DNA from: Octopus sinensis
Lineage: Eukaryota
DNA: 64,000 nucleotides
Assembly (NCBI RefSeq): GCF_006345805.1
Contig: NC_042999.1
Location: forward strand, 112,592,001-112,656,000
Direction of reading: 5' to 3'
The notes beneath the pieces were generated by a model that had not been told where the DNA came from, ran no database searches, and saw only the letters and a program-made list of their open reading frames with translations. A program made the position numbers and the translations under genes. Positions 52,957-64,000 of this stretch are shown here, in pieces (the first letter of the stretch is position 1; each line of letters opens with the position of its first letter).

Positions 52957-53347
52957 ACATATGTGTGTGTGTGCGTGTGTCAGGTCGCTCTTGAGTGCTA
53001 CTGATACCATGTAGTCCAATACAACCTGTTCCATCGTCGGGTCACTGGCGACTAAACTGGCAACCCCACCAGGCCTGCTTGGTGAGGTGGGTGCTTGTTG
53101 AACACTCTGCGGGACAAAAGATAAGACCTGTCAAAGGGAGGAGGAACTACAACATAGTCAACGACAATTCAACTACGCGTGTTTGTGGAGTGTTTGTGTG
53201 TGTGCGTGCTGTATATATTGCACTTTTAAACTCTGTGTGTGTGTATTGCACTTTTAAACTCTGTGTGTGTGCGTATTGTATATATTGTATTTCAGTATAT
53301 ATGTGTGCCTATAGTATATTGTGTTCTTAAATTGTATATATATGTAT

Positions 53348-55317
53348 GGTGGCTTAGCTACTAAGCCCGGCAGAACTGCTACCACAGACGGGAGAAGGAG
53401 AAAAGGCGGGTATCTGGCGCCTCAAAACCAGTTGCTTCGGGCAGGTGGGGCTCGTCAACCCGGGAGGGCAGCCCACCGGGGGGAAGGGAAACCCTGATTT
53501 CAAACCTCTGTCGTCTTGCAGGTTACCTGATCACAGGAAAGGCTTCAGGAGCAAACCTCGAGGAAAAATCAGGATCCCCTAAGGCAGCTCGATGTTGACT
53601 TCAACTTCGTTCTGGAAGCTCCTGCGACCACGTTGGCACCAAACTGTAGCAGACCGTTGTTCCTTTGGATTCGTCAGTGAGGTGGAGAAGGGAGACAAGT
53701 TGCATGGGCAACAACCTGCTCTCCATTCTCCATTGCCCAGGCTCACATCCGTCTACGCCATAATTAAACATGCACACCTGCACCTGGAGAGGACACTCCA
53801 GCTTTGCCATTTATTTGGTGTCGACACAACACGGAAAGCAGCAGATACCGGTTATAAGCCTTCATTCAATTGGCGTAGGGTGCGGCATCAGGGGTTGTTT
53901 CCGACGGTGGGAGAGATCTTCGAGTCTCATTGGACAGCTACCGCCCGCCTCAAGTTAGGCAGACCCCAGCCAGTAAGGTCCCACCACGGCCTGCTTTCCT
54001 CATTTGGGTGCATGGAGATTAGGAGAATATCCAACAAGCAGATCGTCAACTACAGCACCAGGCAAAAACAGAAAAGTTATCAAAAAGAGACCAGCTCTAA
54101 AACTGAGATGCTGGAATGTCCGGACAATGATGCCTGGCCTCTCCCAGGATTTTCAAGACATCAGAGACGTCAGGAAAACAGCACTCATCAACGAGGAGTT
54201 CAAGAGACTGAACGTCAATATCGCTGCTCTGCAAGAAACACGATTGGCCGATGCAGGCACACTGAGGAAGAACGACTACACATTCCTCTGGAAAGAGAAG
54301 AGCTCTGATGAGCCCAGAGAACATGGAGCAGGCTTTGCAATAAAGAACAGCTTGCTGAGGATGGTAGAACCAGGCATTGGCGGCTCCGAGCGGCTCCTAA
54401 CTCTCCGCCTCAACACTGCTGAAGGCCCTGTCACCCTCCTAAGTGTGTATGCCCTGACAATGTCCACCACCCGGATGCCAAGGAGTTCTACGAGAACCTT
54501 GCATCCACTATCAAGAGCATCCCCATTAGCGAACAACTTTTTCTCCTGGGCGACCTCAATACTGTGGGTGCTGACAACTCGTGGCCCTCTTGCCTCGGTC
54601 CGTTTGGGGTGGGGAAATCGAATGAGAACGGACAGCGACTGCTCGAGCTCTGCACCTTTCACGGCCTGTTCATCACCAACTCCGTCTTCAAGACCAAGCC
54701 CCAACACAAAGTGTCTTGGAGACATCCACACTCAAAGCAGTGGCACTAACTGGACCTGGTCCTGGTCGGACGTGCCGCCATCAAATGTGTTCTCCATACG
54801 CGGTCTTACCACAGCGCAAAATGCGACACAGACCACTCCTTGGTGTGCTGCAAGATCAGGCTACAACCCAAAAAGTTCCACTGTGCAAAGAAACCGGGGA
54901 CCCCCACACAACGATGTCAACAGGATGTCTCAGCTCAACCTTGTAGAACAGTTTGCAGAGTCTTTTGAGGAGGAGTATGATGCAACACAGTCCAGAGATA
55001 CTGCCACAGAAAGATGGGAAACTCTGCGGGACACAGTCCATCGCGCAGCCTTGTCTATCTTCGGAAAGACCTCAAAGTCACATGACTGGTTTGAAGCCAA
55101 GTTGCTTGAGATGACCCCTGTAATTGAGGCCAAACGAGGCGCACTGGCGGAATACAAGCGGTCACCCACTGAGAGGAACCTGCAGATTCTAAGGACTGCC
55201 AGGAGCAAGGTCCAGCACACCACCAGGCGTTGCGCCATTGAGTACTGGACAGAGCTTAGTGAGTCGATCTATATGGCCGCCGCAACTGGCAACATCAGAG
55301 GGATGTACGATGGGCTT
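53348..55317 (+). mobile_element. RTE-clade LINE, 5' half only (5' UTR plus APE endonuclease), GC-rich and little decayed
   Basis: Typical RTE 5' UTR (aaaaccagttgcttcgggcag...ggaaaggcttcaggagcaaacctcgagg); the ORF breaks off at 55317 before the RT domain. Confidence 0.9.
54050..55317 (+). pseudogene. RTE ORF N-terminus, apurinic-like endonuclease, frameshifted
   Basis: CWNVRTM, IAALQETR, HGAGFAIK, LLSVYA, LLGDLN, NENGQRLLELC, SWRHPHSKQWH*LDLV and CDTDHSLV, spread over several frames. Confidence 0.92.
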
Positions 55318-56442
55318 GCTTTGCCTGGCCTTCTTGGGTCTGGGAAACCAGCAAGCTTCCATGGGTTACTCTGTCTTTTGGCCTCTAGATCATAACAGTA
55401 GATCTATCTTTCGTCACAGGTCACCAGAGACTCTAATACACTTGAGCTGGAGGTAATGAGTTCAACTATCTCCCTGCTGTCACCGACGCATCTTTCGTTC
55501 TGTTCGTCACTGAGCACCCTGGAAACAAACTTTGCCCAAATTTTTCATGTTCAGCTCTTTATGCATAATTCTGTGTACAGTTGCCACACCAGCTCCAAAC
55601 CACATTGCTTTATGTCTGATGTGCTAACGTCCAACTCCCTCCCAGACCTCTCACCATATATCACCTCCGCTCTACTGTCCTTGAAACTTTGGTGCCAGCG
55701 AAAAACAGGTGCTCGGCTCATACAAGTTAATCCATAAGCAGTGTGGGGCATTTCACAAGTTTCTTATTTCTTTATTGCCCACAAGGGGCTAAACATAGAG
55801 GGGACAAACAAGGACAGACAAAGGGATTATGTCGATTACATCGATCCAGTGTGTAACTGGTACTTAATTCATCGACCCCGAAAGGATGAAAGGCAAAGTC
55901 AACCTCGGCGGAATTTGAACTCAGAACATAAAGACAGACGAAATACCTATTTCTTTACTACCCACAAGGGGCTAAACACAGAGAGGACAAACAAGAACAT
56001 ACAAACGGTTTAAGTCGATTATATCGACCCCAGTGCGTAACTGGTACTTATATAATCGACCCCGAAAGGATGAAAGGCAAAGTCGACCTCGGCGGAATTT
56101 GAACTCAGAACGTAGCGGCAGACGAAATACCGCAAAGCATTTCACCAGGCGTGCTAACATTTCTGCCAGCTCGCCGCCATTTCACAAGTTTCTGTAGCGC
56201 TTCTGCCCAGTTAAACACAAAACTTTATTGAATAGCGATCTTCTAATTTGTCTTCACGTCCAGTCTGCATTCTACAAATAGTCAGCTACGACAGGCAGTG
56301 TTTAGTTGAGTTATGTTCAAAACGCTAGCCGTCTCCTTCAATCTAGAATTTTAAAAAAGTTGGTAGGTCAGCTTATTAATCTAGAACAGTTGTAACTGCC
56401 TCTCCTAAAAAAAAAGGCTCAAACTTTCTGGAATGCACCTCG
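55318..56442 (-). mobile_element. 5' half of a mariner transposon, interrupted by a SINE insertion
   Basis: TIR cgaggtgcattccagaaagtt after TA at 56443-56444; RYSIKFCV...SATET, AKFVSRVLS, LVTCDER and PRPKKARQ; truncated at the RTE junction. Confidence 0.88.
55765..56177 (-). mobile_element. SINE family A with a duplicated 3' portion, flanked by a 16-bp TSD
   Basis: catttcacaagtttct occurs at 55749-55764 and 56178-56193. Confidence 0.9.
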
Positions 56443-56751
56443 TATACACACACATCCACACATACATACATACATACATACATACATACATACATACACA
56501 CACACATACATACATACATGCATAGTAATAAGACAGACACTTGCGTATCAAAGTGACATGCACACATATTACATGAGAATAGATATATCTACTCATACAT
56601 CCACATATATGCACACACTAACTCATTTATATATTCTCAAGTCCCAAACACTGCCTTGACTCAAACATAAGGCCATGGAAAAAGTTTATCTCACGCATAT
56701 GTATAGATATATGTTCTGTGTGTGTGTGTGTGTGTGGTGTGTGTGTGTGTG

Positions 56752-56797
<46 letters not shown>

Positions 56798-57789
56798 TGT
56801 GAAAGGAGAGAGACAGAAAGAGATTAAGTACATGATTGTGCTGAGATCGCTCATCTCCAGCAATTTTCAGATTTCGAACGCATGAATTATTTCCCTTGCA
56901 ATAACTTTTCCAGGGGAGATAATCAGCGCAGATGCGTTGTCAAAAACTGCAAGTTTGTCTTCATATATTTTTACACTTCTGAGTTTCTCCTAGAACAGGC
57001 AGATGATTAAAAAGAACGATGTGTAGGCTTGTTGTACGTGAATAACAGCTGATATCCCCAGTTATTCCGGATGTATTCCTGTCCATCGAAAACCAGACAG
57101 GAAAAGTTATTTTTTTATATATTGTTTATTGCTTCCATATCTCAGCTGGAACTAGATTCAAAACTTGATATGTGCTTCCGATGTATGGCTACTGTTCTTG
57201 TTGATGATGATGCTAATGATGATGATGATTTTTTTTATCTTCTCTTACTCCTCCTCTTCTTCAGCTCTAATCGAACAGACCTTTGATTAAATGTATTTCA
57301 ATCGTGACCATACCATCTTTTGCTGCGTACAGAAAATAGAGACAGATAAGATAGAATAAAAATTAAAAAATGAGGTGAGATAGTTAACTGAACCTGAGAT
57401 CTTGTGGGTGTTACAGATAGGATTATAAAAATTACATTCATGGCCATAATGATGATGACAACGATAAAGGAGTTTAAAAGCATATGTTTCTAAATTTTGT
57501 TTTCTCAGCATGCTAAACTTTGAATCTAGTGTTTCACATAAAGGTACAATGGTATAAATTGCCAGAAACATGTGAATAGTTTAGGATTATTTTATAAAAA
57601 TTAACTTTTACTATATACTATTTAGATGGTAGAATAGTGTGGAAGATTTAGGATTCTTTCATGGAAGATTATTAATGTTCTCTTGATAATGTTTTTTGAG
57701 TGGGTTGTATTTGTACATTATTAGTGGGTTTTTTGGGGTGTTTTTTCACTTTGGTAGAGTAAAATGGGCTTAGGTGTTTTCAGTTGCCT

Positions 57790-58490
57790 AAAGCACCTGT
57801 AGCAATTTTAACTGCCATAAGGGAAAACAGTTCCATGCAACAGCTATCATTAGTAGATGATGCATCAGATGTAGGAATTGGCAGTGTTTTGCAACAATTT
57901 GTTTTAAATACATGGCAACCACTTTCTTCTTTTTTCTAAATGCCTCAAACGAACAGAACCAAAGTATAGTACCTTCATTTGAGAACTTTTGGCTGCTTAT
58001 TTAGCCATGAAACATTTTCGGCATTTTCTTGGGAGACGACAGTTTACAGTTGCCACTGATCATTACTCTGCAGACGAAAACATAAATATTCTCCAAGAGA
58101 CTTACGACATTTGGATTTCATTTCACAACACTGTTGATATTCGATATATCCAGGGCACAGATAATTCTGCAGCTGATACCTTATCTCACGTACATACTGA
58201 TGCTTTACATACTCCAGATTCCATTGACTTGCAGCAAATTGCGTTGGATTAAGAACAGGATAACGAATTTTTGCATCTTCAATTACTGGACTCACTACTA
58301 CTACATTTTACAGATTCGTCTATTTGGTGTGATGTTTCTACTGATTTTTCCAGACCCAATGTTCCTCATCATGCTAAAAGTAGCATCCAAATCTCCCTCA
58401 AACTTTGCACCTTTAACCTATAAAGGTTATATATAACCTTGCTATCGGTAGATATTAAAGCCTACTATCACTCGTAGTGGTCGAGAAAAC
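57790..58490 (+). mobile_element. Ty3/Gypsy pol remnant (RNase H region and C-terminal TRSGR motif)
   Basis: DASDVGIGSVLQQ...WQPLSFF, KYSTFI*ELLAAYLAMKHFRHFLGRRQFTVATDH, DIRYIQGTDNSAADTLS and PTITRSGR. Confidence 0.88.
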
Positions 58491-58575
58491 TCATACAGAG
58501 CATAACACCTGTGGTTGTGTTCGATGCCCAAGAAACTGTAAGTTATGTAGAATGGAGTCAAACTGTTATTAAATA

Positions 58576-59810
58576 TGAGGGTGAGCTGAAAGGTTCGTAG
58601 GCTGACTATGAAGGTATAATGCTAGAACTGTGAAATATTGCATGCATTAATTTCAACTCTTCTTATTGATAACTGAATTGTTTCTTTCCAGGTAAACTGA
58701 CATCTGACTGCTCAAAGAAGACTTCAAAAGTAACTAGTACTGACTTCTCTAGGAAAAAAAAAATGAGGCGTCACACGGTTATCAACTACCTGCAAAGAAA
58801 GGCTTTAGCTCCAAAGGACATTCATGCTAACATGGTTGCTACATAAGAGGATGATGCTCCAGTTTTATCAACAGGGTAAAAGTAGGTAACTGAATTTAGG
58901 AGGGAAATTGAGTCTTGAAGATGACCCAAGGTCTGAATGTCCTGTAACTGCCAACACTGAAGAAAACATTGATTATGTTCACTACATAGATGACAGGCAA
59001 ATGACTATAAATCAACTAGCCATTGTTATTAGTATATCTCATCAGAGAGTTGAGAATATTCAATACACTAAACTTGGTATGTTGATCTCTGTTTTATGGC
59101 TGCAACATCTGACACCTGATCAAAAGCACACCAGGCTGATCACATCACAGGAAAATCTGACACTGTTTCAAGCAGATCCAGTTGGTTTCATCAATTTGAG
59201 CCAGAGACAAAAAGACAATCCATGAAGTGGAAACATCCTTCCTCACCTGCTCCAAAGAAGATCAAAGCAATTTCATCTGCAGGGAAGGTGATGGCCTGTT
59301 TCTTGGATACAAAAGGCATTGTATTTATTATCTTCAAAAGGGCCACGCCATCAATGAATAGTGGTATGGCAACTTGCAGAGGCAGTTACAAAAGGCTCTC
59401 AAGACCAAACACTCAGGAAAATTAATGAAAGGGATCTTGTTTCATCACGACAATGCCCCAGCACACAAGTCTTTGATTTAAATGGCAGCTGTGCATGACT
59501 GTGGCTTTGAGCTGGTTGATCTCCCTCCCTATTCTCCTGGTTTGGCCCCATCTGACTATTATCTGTTACCCAACATGCAAAAACTCTTGGCTGGGAACCA
59601 GTATTGCAGTAGTGATGATGTCATATCTGCTCCTGTTGAGTTTTTTGACAAACAGGATGAAAGCTTCTTCACCAGAGGGATCCAAGTACTGCAACAGCAA
59701 TGGAAGAAGTGTATGGACCACAAGGTGAACTATGTTGTAAAATAAACGTCATTCAGTCACATTACATGAGTGTATCTTGGTCAGTTGATGAGCTTTACAG
59801 CCAACCCTTA
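58576..59810 (+). mobile_element. Full-length (~1235 bp) decayed mariner with both TIRs and TA target duplication
   Basis: TIRs tgagggtgagctgaaaggttcgtaggctgac and gtcagttgatgagctttacagccaaccctta; SLEDDPRSECP, SAGKVMA, HDNAPAH and PPYSPGLAPSDYYL motifs. Confidence 0.92.
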
Positions 59811-60399
59811 TATTTGTAACTCCAACCAAATATGTTGAATGCTACTTTTTCTAGTTTGTTCAGTTGTGTGTACACACACAATCAGCGTTTTTTATATCCA
59901 TGAATATCTATGTGCACACACAATATAGAAACACAGTGTTATAAATGATCATCAATCATCATTTTTACATGTACTATTTTCATCCGGCATGGACAAAATG
60001 TCTTGAAGCACCATTCTATACTGCTGGGAATCCTGAACAATATGGGCCATGTTATGCTGCATCACTTAATCTTTCAAAGTTTCAGGGCTGATGTCACCAT
60101 TGAGTTGTTGGACACAATGTTGAAATCCTGGATCAAAAGGAGTGACCTAGAGAAGAACAAATGCATTCCAGCAGCACTATGTTCCTTCTCACGTGGCACT
60201 CAGAATCCATAAGAGGCTTACAAAGAATTTTCATGAACAAGTAGCTTCCAAAATATATCCTCTTGGCTCTTGATTTGAATCCACTCAACATCTGTATCTG
60301 AAGAGGGAGACCACCTACTGGCAACCTCACAATGCTAAAAGTTTCTTGACAGTTAACATCATAAATATGATGGATAACAAGGATGAGAATAAAAATCTC

Positions 60400-60870
60400 C
60401 AAGGATTCTCGCTTTGAGTAAAGTGAAGGTTGTATGATGCCTTTGTATGAAATATAATGTTGCATGATGATGGTGGTGAAACATTGAAATTGAATGTGAA
60501 GTATGTACAAAGGCAGGAAAGAAATGAGATGAGCATGCTGAGCTGGATGTGTAATGTTCATGTGCATGAAAAATGAAACATAAATGAGCTGAGAGAAAAA
60601 AACTGGGTCTAAGAAGTATCAAATGCAGTGCGTAAGAATGATGACTAAGCTCATATGGACATATGATGCACAGAGAAAATTATTGTTGGGTAAAGAAATG
60701 CTAAGGAACACAAACTGATAGGAACCTGTAAAAAAAAAGAGGAATACCATGTAAGACATGAGATGTGGCAAAAGGTGAGCTTAGGGGGCTGAAATTCATG
60801 AATGATATAACAAGGACCCCAACAAGTAAAAAGAACTATGATGAAGACACATCTAACATATACAAGCAAG
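60400..60870 (+). mobile_element. RTE LINE 3' coding fragment, heavily decayed
   Basis: ERNEMSMLSWMCNVHVH...ELREK motifs, similar to 13520-14470. Confidence 0.75.
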
Positions 60871-61609
60871 GTAAGTCTGACCTAAAATGTTCATTTGGAT
60901 AATGATAATGCCATAGTTGAATGAGATGATGAGAAATCCTTAAGCCAAAATGCTGGCATATCATATCCAATTCATCAGCATTGTCCTGTATCTCTAAGCA
61001 ACACACTCAGTAGTCAGATTCAGTCCATTCAATCTTATGTAGGCACTATATCTAGGAACAACTCCAAAACAAATGACAAAGGTCTTAGCTTCCAATATTC
61101 AGATGAGGTAAGAAGCTACTCCACACAATGATCCTAACAACTGCATATTAATTAGTTTTCTGTTATCAGTTGTATATAATTACAAGTGTGCATGTTTATA
61201 TAATCTAAAACTCATTTGACAATTTTAAAAAGGTGTGTCAAGAAGGGAGTAATTTGTCTTAAGTTTTGTCTAAATTTGTTTTAAAACTTAATTCTTTAAT
61301 CCTACTAGGATTGAGAGACAGACATAGAAAGCCTGGAAGGAAAGTAGAAAGCATTATCAAGTAGCTTGAAGGAAATCTAGGCATCAAATATACCTGGTTA
61401 GGGTAGAACTAGAAAAGAAGTTTAAGCATGTTCTGCTATATTAAGGTTGTAGGCATGTTCAGGATTGCAAAACAGTGTATCAAATCAAAAGGAACCAAGA
61501 AGTGTATCTGAAATTATGAAGGTACATTTGTTATTGCTGCTGATGACAAGAGACATGGAAGTGTTATTAAAGGAGATCACTAAACAAGATGAATGCATGG
61601 GATAGAGGA

Positions 61610-62125
61610 ATTAAGCACATGAAGGAATGGAAAGCTGATGAGCCATCAGGGATAGTCACTGAAATTTTCGAAATAAATGGTGAATCAACAAATAATTAAT
61701 TAGGTAATACAGAAAGGTGTCATATCTAATGACTATGTGTAGGAGTATCACTATAAATTGCCCAGGAAATACATAAGAGAGATGAAATTAGAGTGGCATC
61801 AAATTGTTATGAACGCTAGAGTTTATAGTAGAATTGATCAGAAAGTTAAGCTAAACGATATGCAGTTCAGCTTTATGTCTTCAAGAGATACCACAGATGT
61901 AATCTTCCTAGTGAGCCAACTGAAAGAGGAACACTTACCTAAGATAAACTACTAAACCTGGCATTCATGGACTTGGAGAAAGCCCTTGACAGGGTACCAC
62001 GCTCAGTAATCCGGTGGTCACTAAGAAAACAAGATGCAGATGAGTGGCTTGTGAAGGCTGTACAAGCTATGTACATGGATGCAGTAAGTAAAGTGACAGT
62101 CAACAATTAGTTCAACCATGAATTT
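61610..62125 (+). mobile_element. RTE LINE reverse-transcriptase N-terminal fragment
   Basis: GKADEPSGIVTE, MQFSFMSSRDTTDVIFLVSQL and AFMDLEKALDRVPRSVIRWSLRK. Confidence 0.85.
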
Positions 62126-64000
62126 ATGTGTGTGGAGTGAATGTGTAAAGTGTTATTGTATAAAATATCAGAGTTACGCACTGTCAGTTTCGCCACTGGG
62201 TATATATCCAGTATTTCGTTACATGGAACCTCATAGATATTTTGTGTTGTGTTAGAGATATACATTTGTCTACCTTAGAATTGTGTTGGTTGTTTTCATC
62301 TCGTAAAAAGAAGTTTTTACTTTCTAAAGGGACAGGGATTATGTGCAATACGGAATTGTCTCCCATGACATTGGTAATTTTCAATTTTACCATGTAAGGG
62401 AGGCAATCGCGAGTTTATATAAAAACATTGCACCTTACATACGCGTATGCGCACATATACACACGGCAACAATACTTGTTGTGTACACGCACAACTTTAT
62501 GAGCATAGCTCATGGTCACATTGTGTCTTATAATGCTGTTTAAGTATACTGTATATATGCACAAATTATATCTACATAATAAATATATCCTAGCACACAA
62601 ACATACACATGGATGCGCGCGTTACGATTATGTACATACATGCACGGACAAACACGCATGAAAATTGATGAATCTACAATGCAAGTTTATATTTTTACAA
62701 AACTCAGTGCTTTCCTTCCTTTGTGATCCCATATTGTATTCATTTTAGCAAAACAAGCAGTCTATGGAAAAACCTAAATTGTAAGTCATTTACTAGATTA
62801 CTGGATGTTCTTTGTCATTTGGGTGATTTAAGAAATAATACAAAAGTATGCATGATTGCTTTAAAAAGTGGCAATACGAAAGAAAAATAATTCATAACAT
62901 ACATAATTTTTCTTTTAGAACAGTTGATACCAAAGCCTTCAACTTTTTCTATCCCAAAGAGTTTGTAAACTCACTATTTACAAGATTTTATTTGTAACTT
63001 TGTGCTTCAGAATCTGCTGTTCCAAAAGAGAAGTATTTCACATTCTCTCAAAAGTTTTAAATTCTTATGATGCAAACAAGTATGTGTGTGTGTTATACAG
63101 AATAATTGAAAATAATAGTATAAAAAGAAAACACACCTGTGAGTGTTGTAATGTATATATGGCAAAAATACAGATGTAACAAAAGGTTAACTTCGGCAAC
63201 ATTGAAAATCTCATCTATTCCAAATTGAACATCAACAACTGTCAGCCGAAATGTGAAGAGATAACCTTTCATGTTATATCTATATTTCAGAAATATATTG
63301 ATCACAACACTTGCATGTATGTTTTGTTTTTGCACATACATGTGTACGTGTGTGTGTAACAAAAATGAGCTAAGAGAAATAGTTTGGAGTGGCGAAAGGT
63401 ATGTATATGACAAAGACAATCAAATAGATCTGTTGAATTATCATACAACATAAATTCTTGGTTTATTAAAATTATCTCCATCTCTAGAGGATGTGTCACA
63501 ATTATAAATGGCAATTGAAAACAGCTCTATACAAGTAAAGGAGATAATCTCAAAAACCAAAGCTTTTCCAAACTTGACATGCCAATAAGGGAAGAATGGA
63601 CAGGCTTATTGTCTGGAGAAAAAATGCATGCATCCATACATCCATACATACAAGTGTAAGCACAGCCATGTAATTAAAATATTTACTCTGGATCTTCAGT
63701 CTTAGGTTCAGTCCTACAGTGCAGCCCCTTATGTAAGTGTCATTACTATAGACATACAGAGATATTCCTCCAACAGTACTACTTAGCAAAGGAGATTCTC
63801 ACACCACACCTTAGCCCACTTCCATGACACAAACAATGTAGAAGCAAAAATCCTCAAAGCCTTTACAAATGCTAGGCTTTACAATAGCTGATAATCTCTC
63901 ATAGCATCTTCACATTATTTCCTTTGTTTCGGGTCTTGGACTGTGACTTTCTTACAGTGCCACCAGGTCTGGTCAATGATATCACCCACAGTAATTATTT

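Noticed and set aside
54004-55395. 463-aa ORF as an intact gene
   Set aside because: It stays open only through compensating frameshifts. The true APE motifs lie in other frames between about 54470 and 54900 and include a stop, and the end runs into antisense mariner sequence.
54304-61640. CTGATGA matches at about 54304 and 61634 (also about 22074 and 30975, and TCATCAG inside mariners)
   Set aside because: They lie in transposon coding sequence or lack a stem II followed by GAAA; this many hits is expected by chance.

Overview
Repeat-saturated, AT-rich eukaryotic DNA, most likely Octopus. That assignment is inferred from the SINE families and the extreme (TA)n/(CA)n/(GATA)n/(AAT)n load, not from a search. 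There is a 100-N assembly gap at 153-252. I found no intact, recognisable host protein-coding gene, and almost every entry in the ORF track is a translated microsatellite or a transposon remnant. The window holds decayed mariner/Tc1 transposons and a MITE, RTE, CR1-like and RLE-endonuclease (R4/Dong/NeSL-like) LINE fragments, Penelope-like fragments, a Ty3/Gypsy RNase H fragment, Helentron-like non-autonomous elements and several tRNA-derived SINE families. It also has two near-identical tandem duplications and a 1.35-kb fold-back palindrome. A few splice-bounded minus-strand exon candidates lie at 23-31 kb, with unknown product. The most notable signal is RNA structure. Manual folding gives ten copies of type I hammerhead-ribozyme motifs from five unrelated sequence families: 800-892/1542-1631, 19248-19327/20831-20910, 34535-34580/34838-34882, 42287-42322/42957-42992/52109-52144 and 45100-45181. 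These include one fully canonical copy (45100-45181), a divergent inverted pair, a 302-nt tandem pair and a family with a non-canonical CUGUNGA core. All folds were done by eye, and none has been tested for activity.
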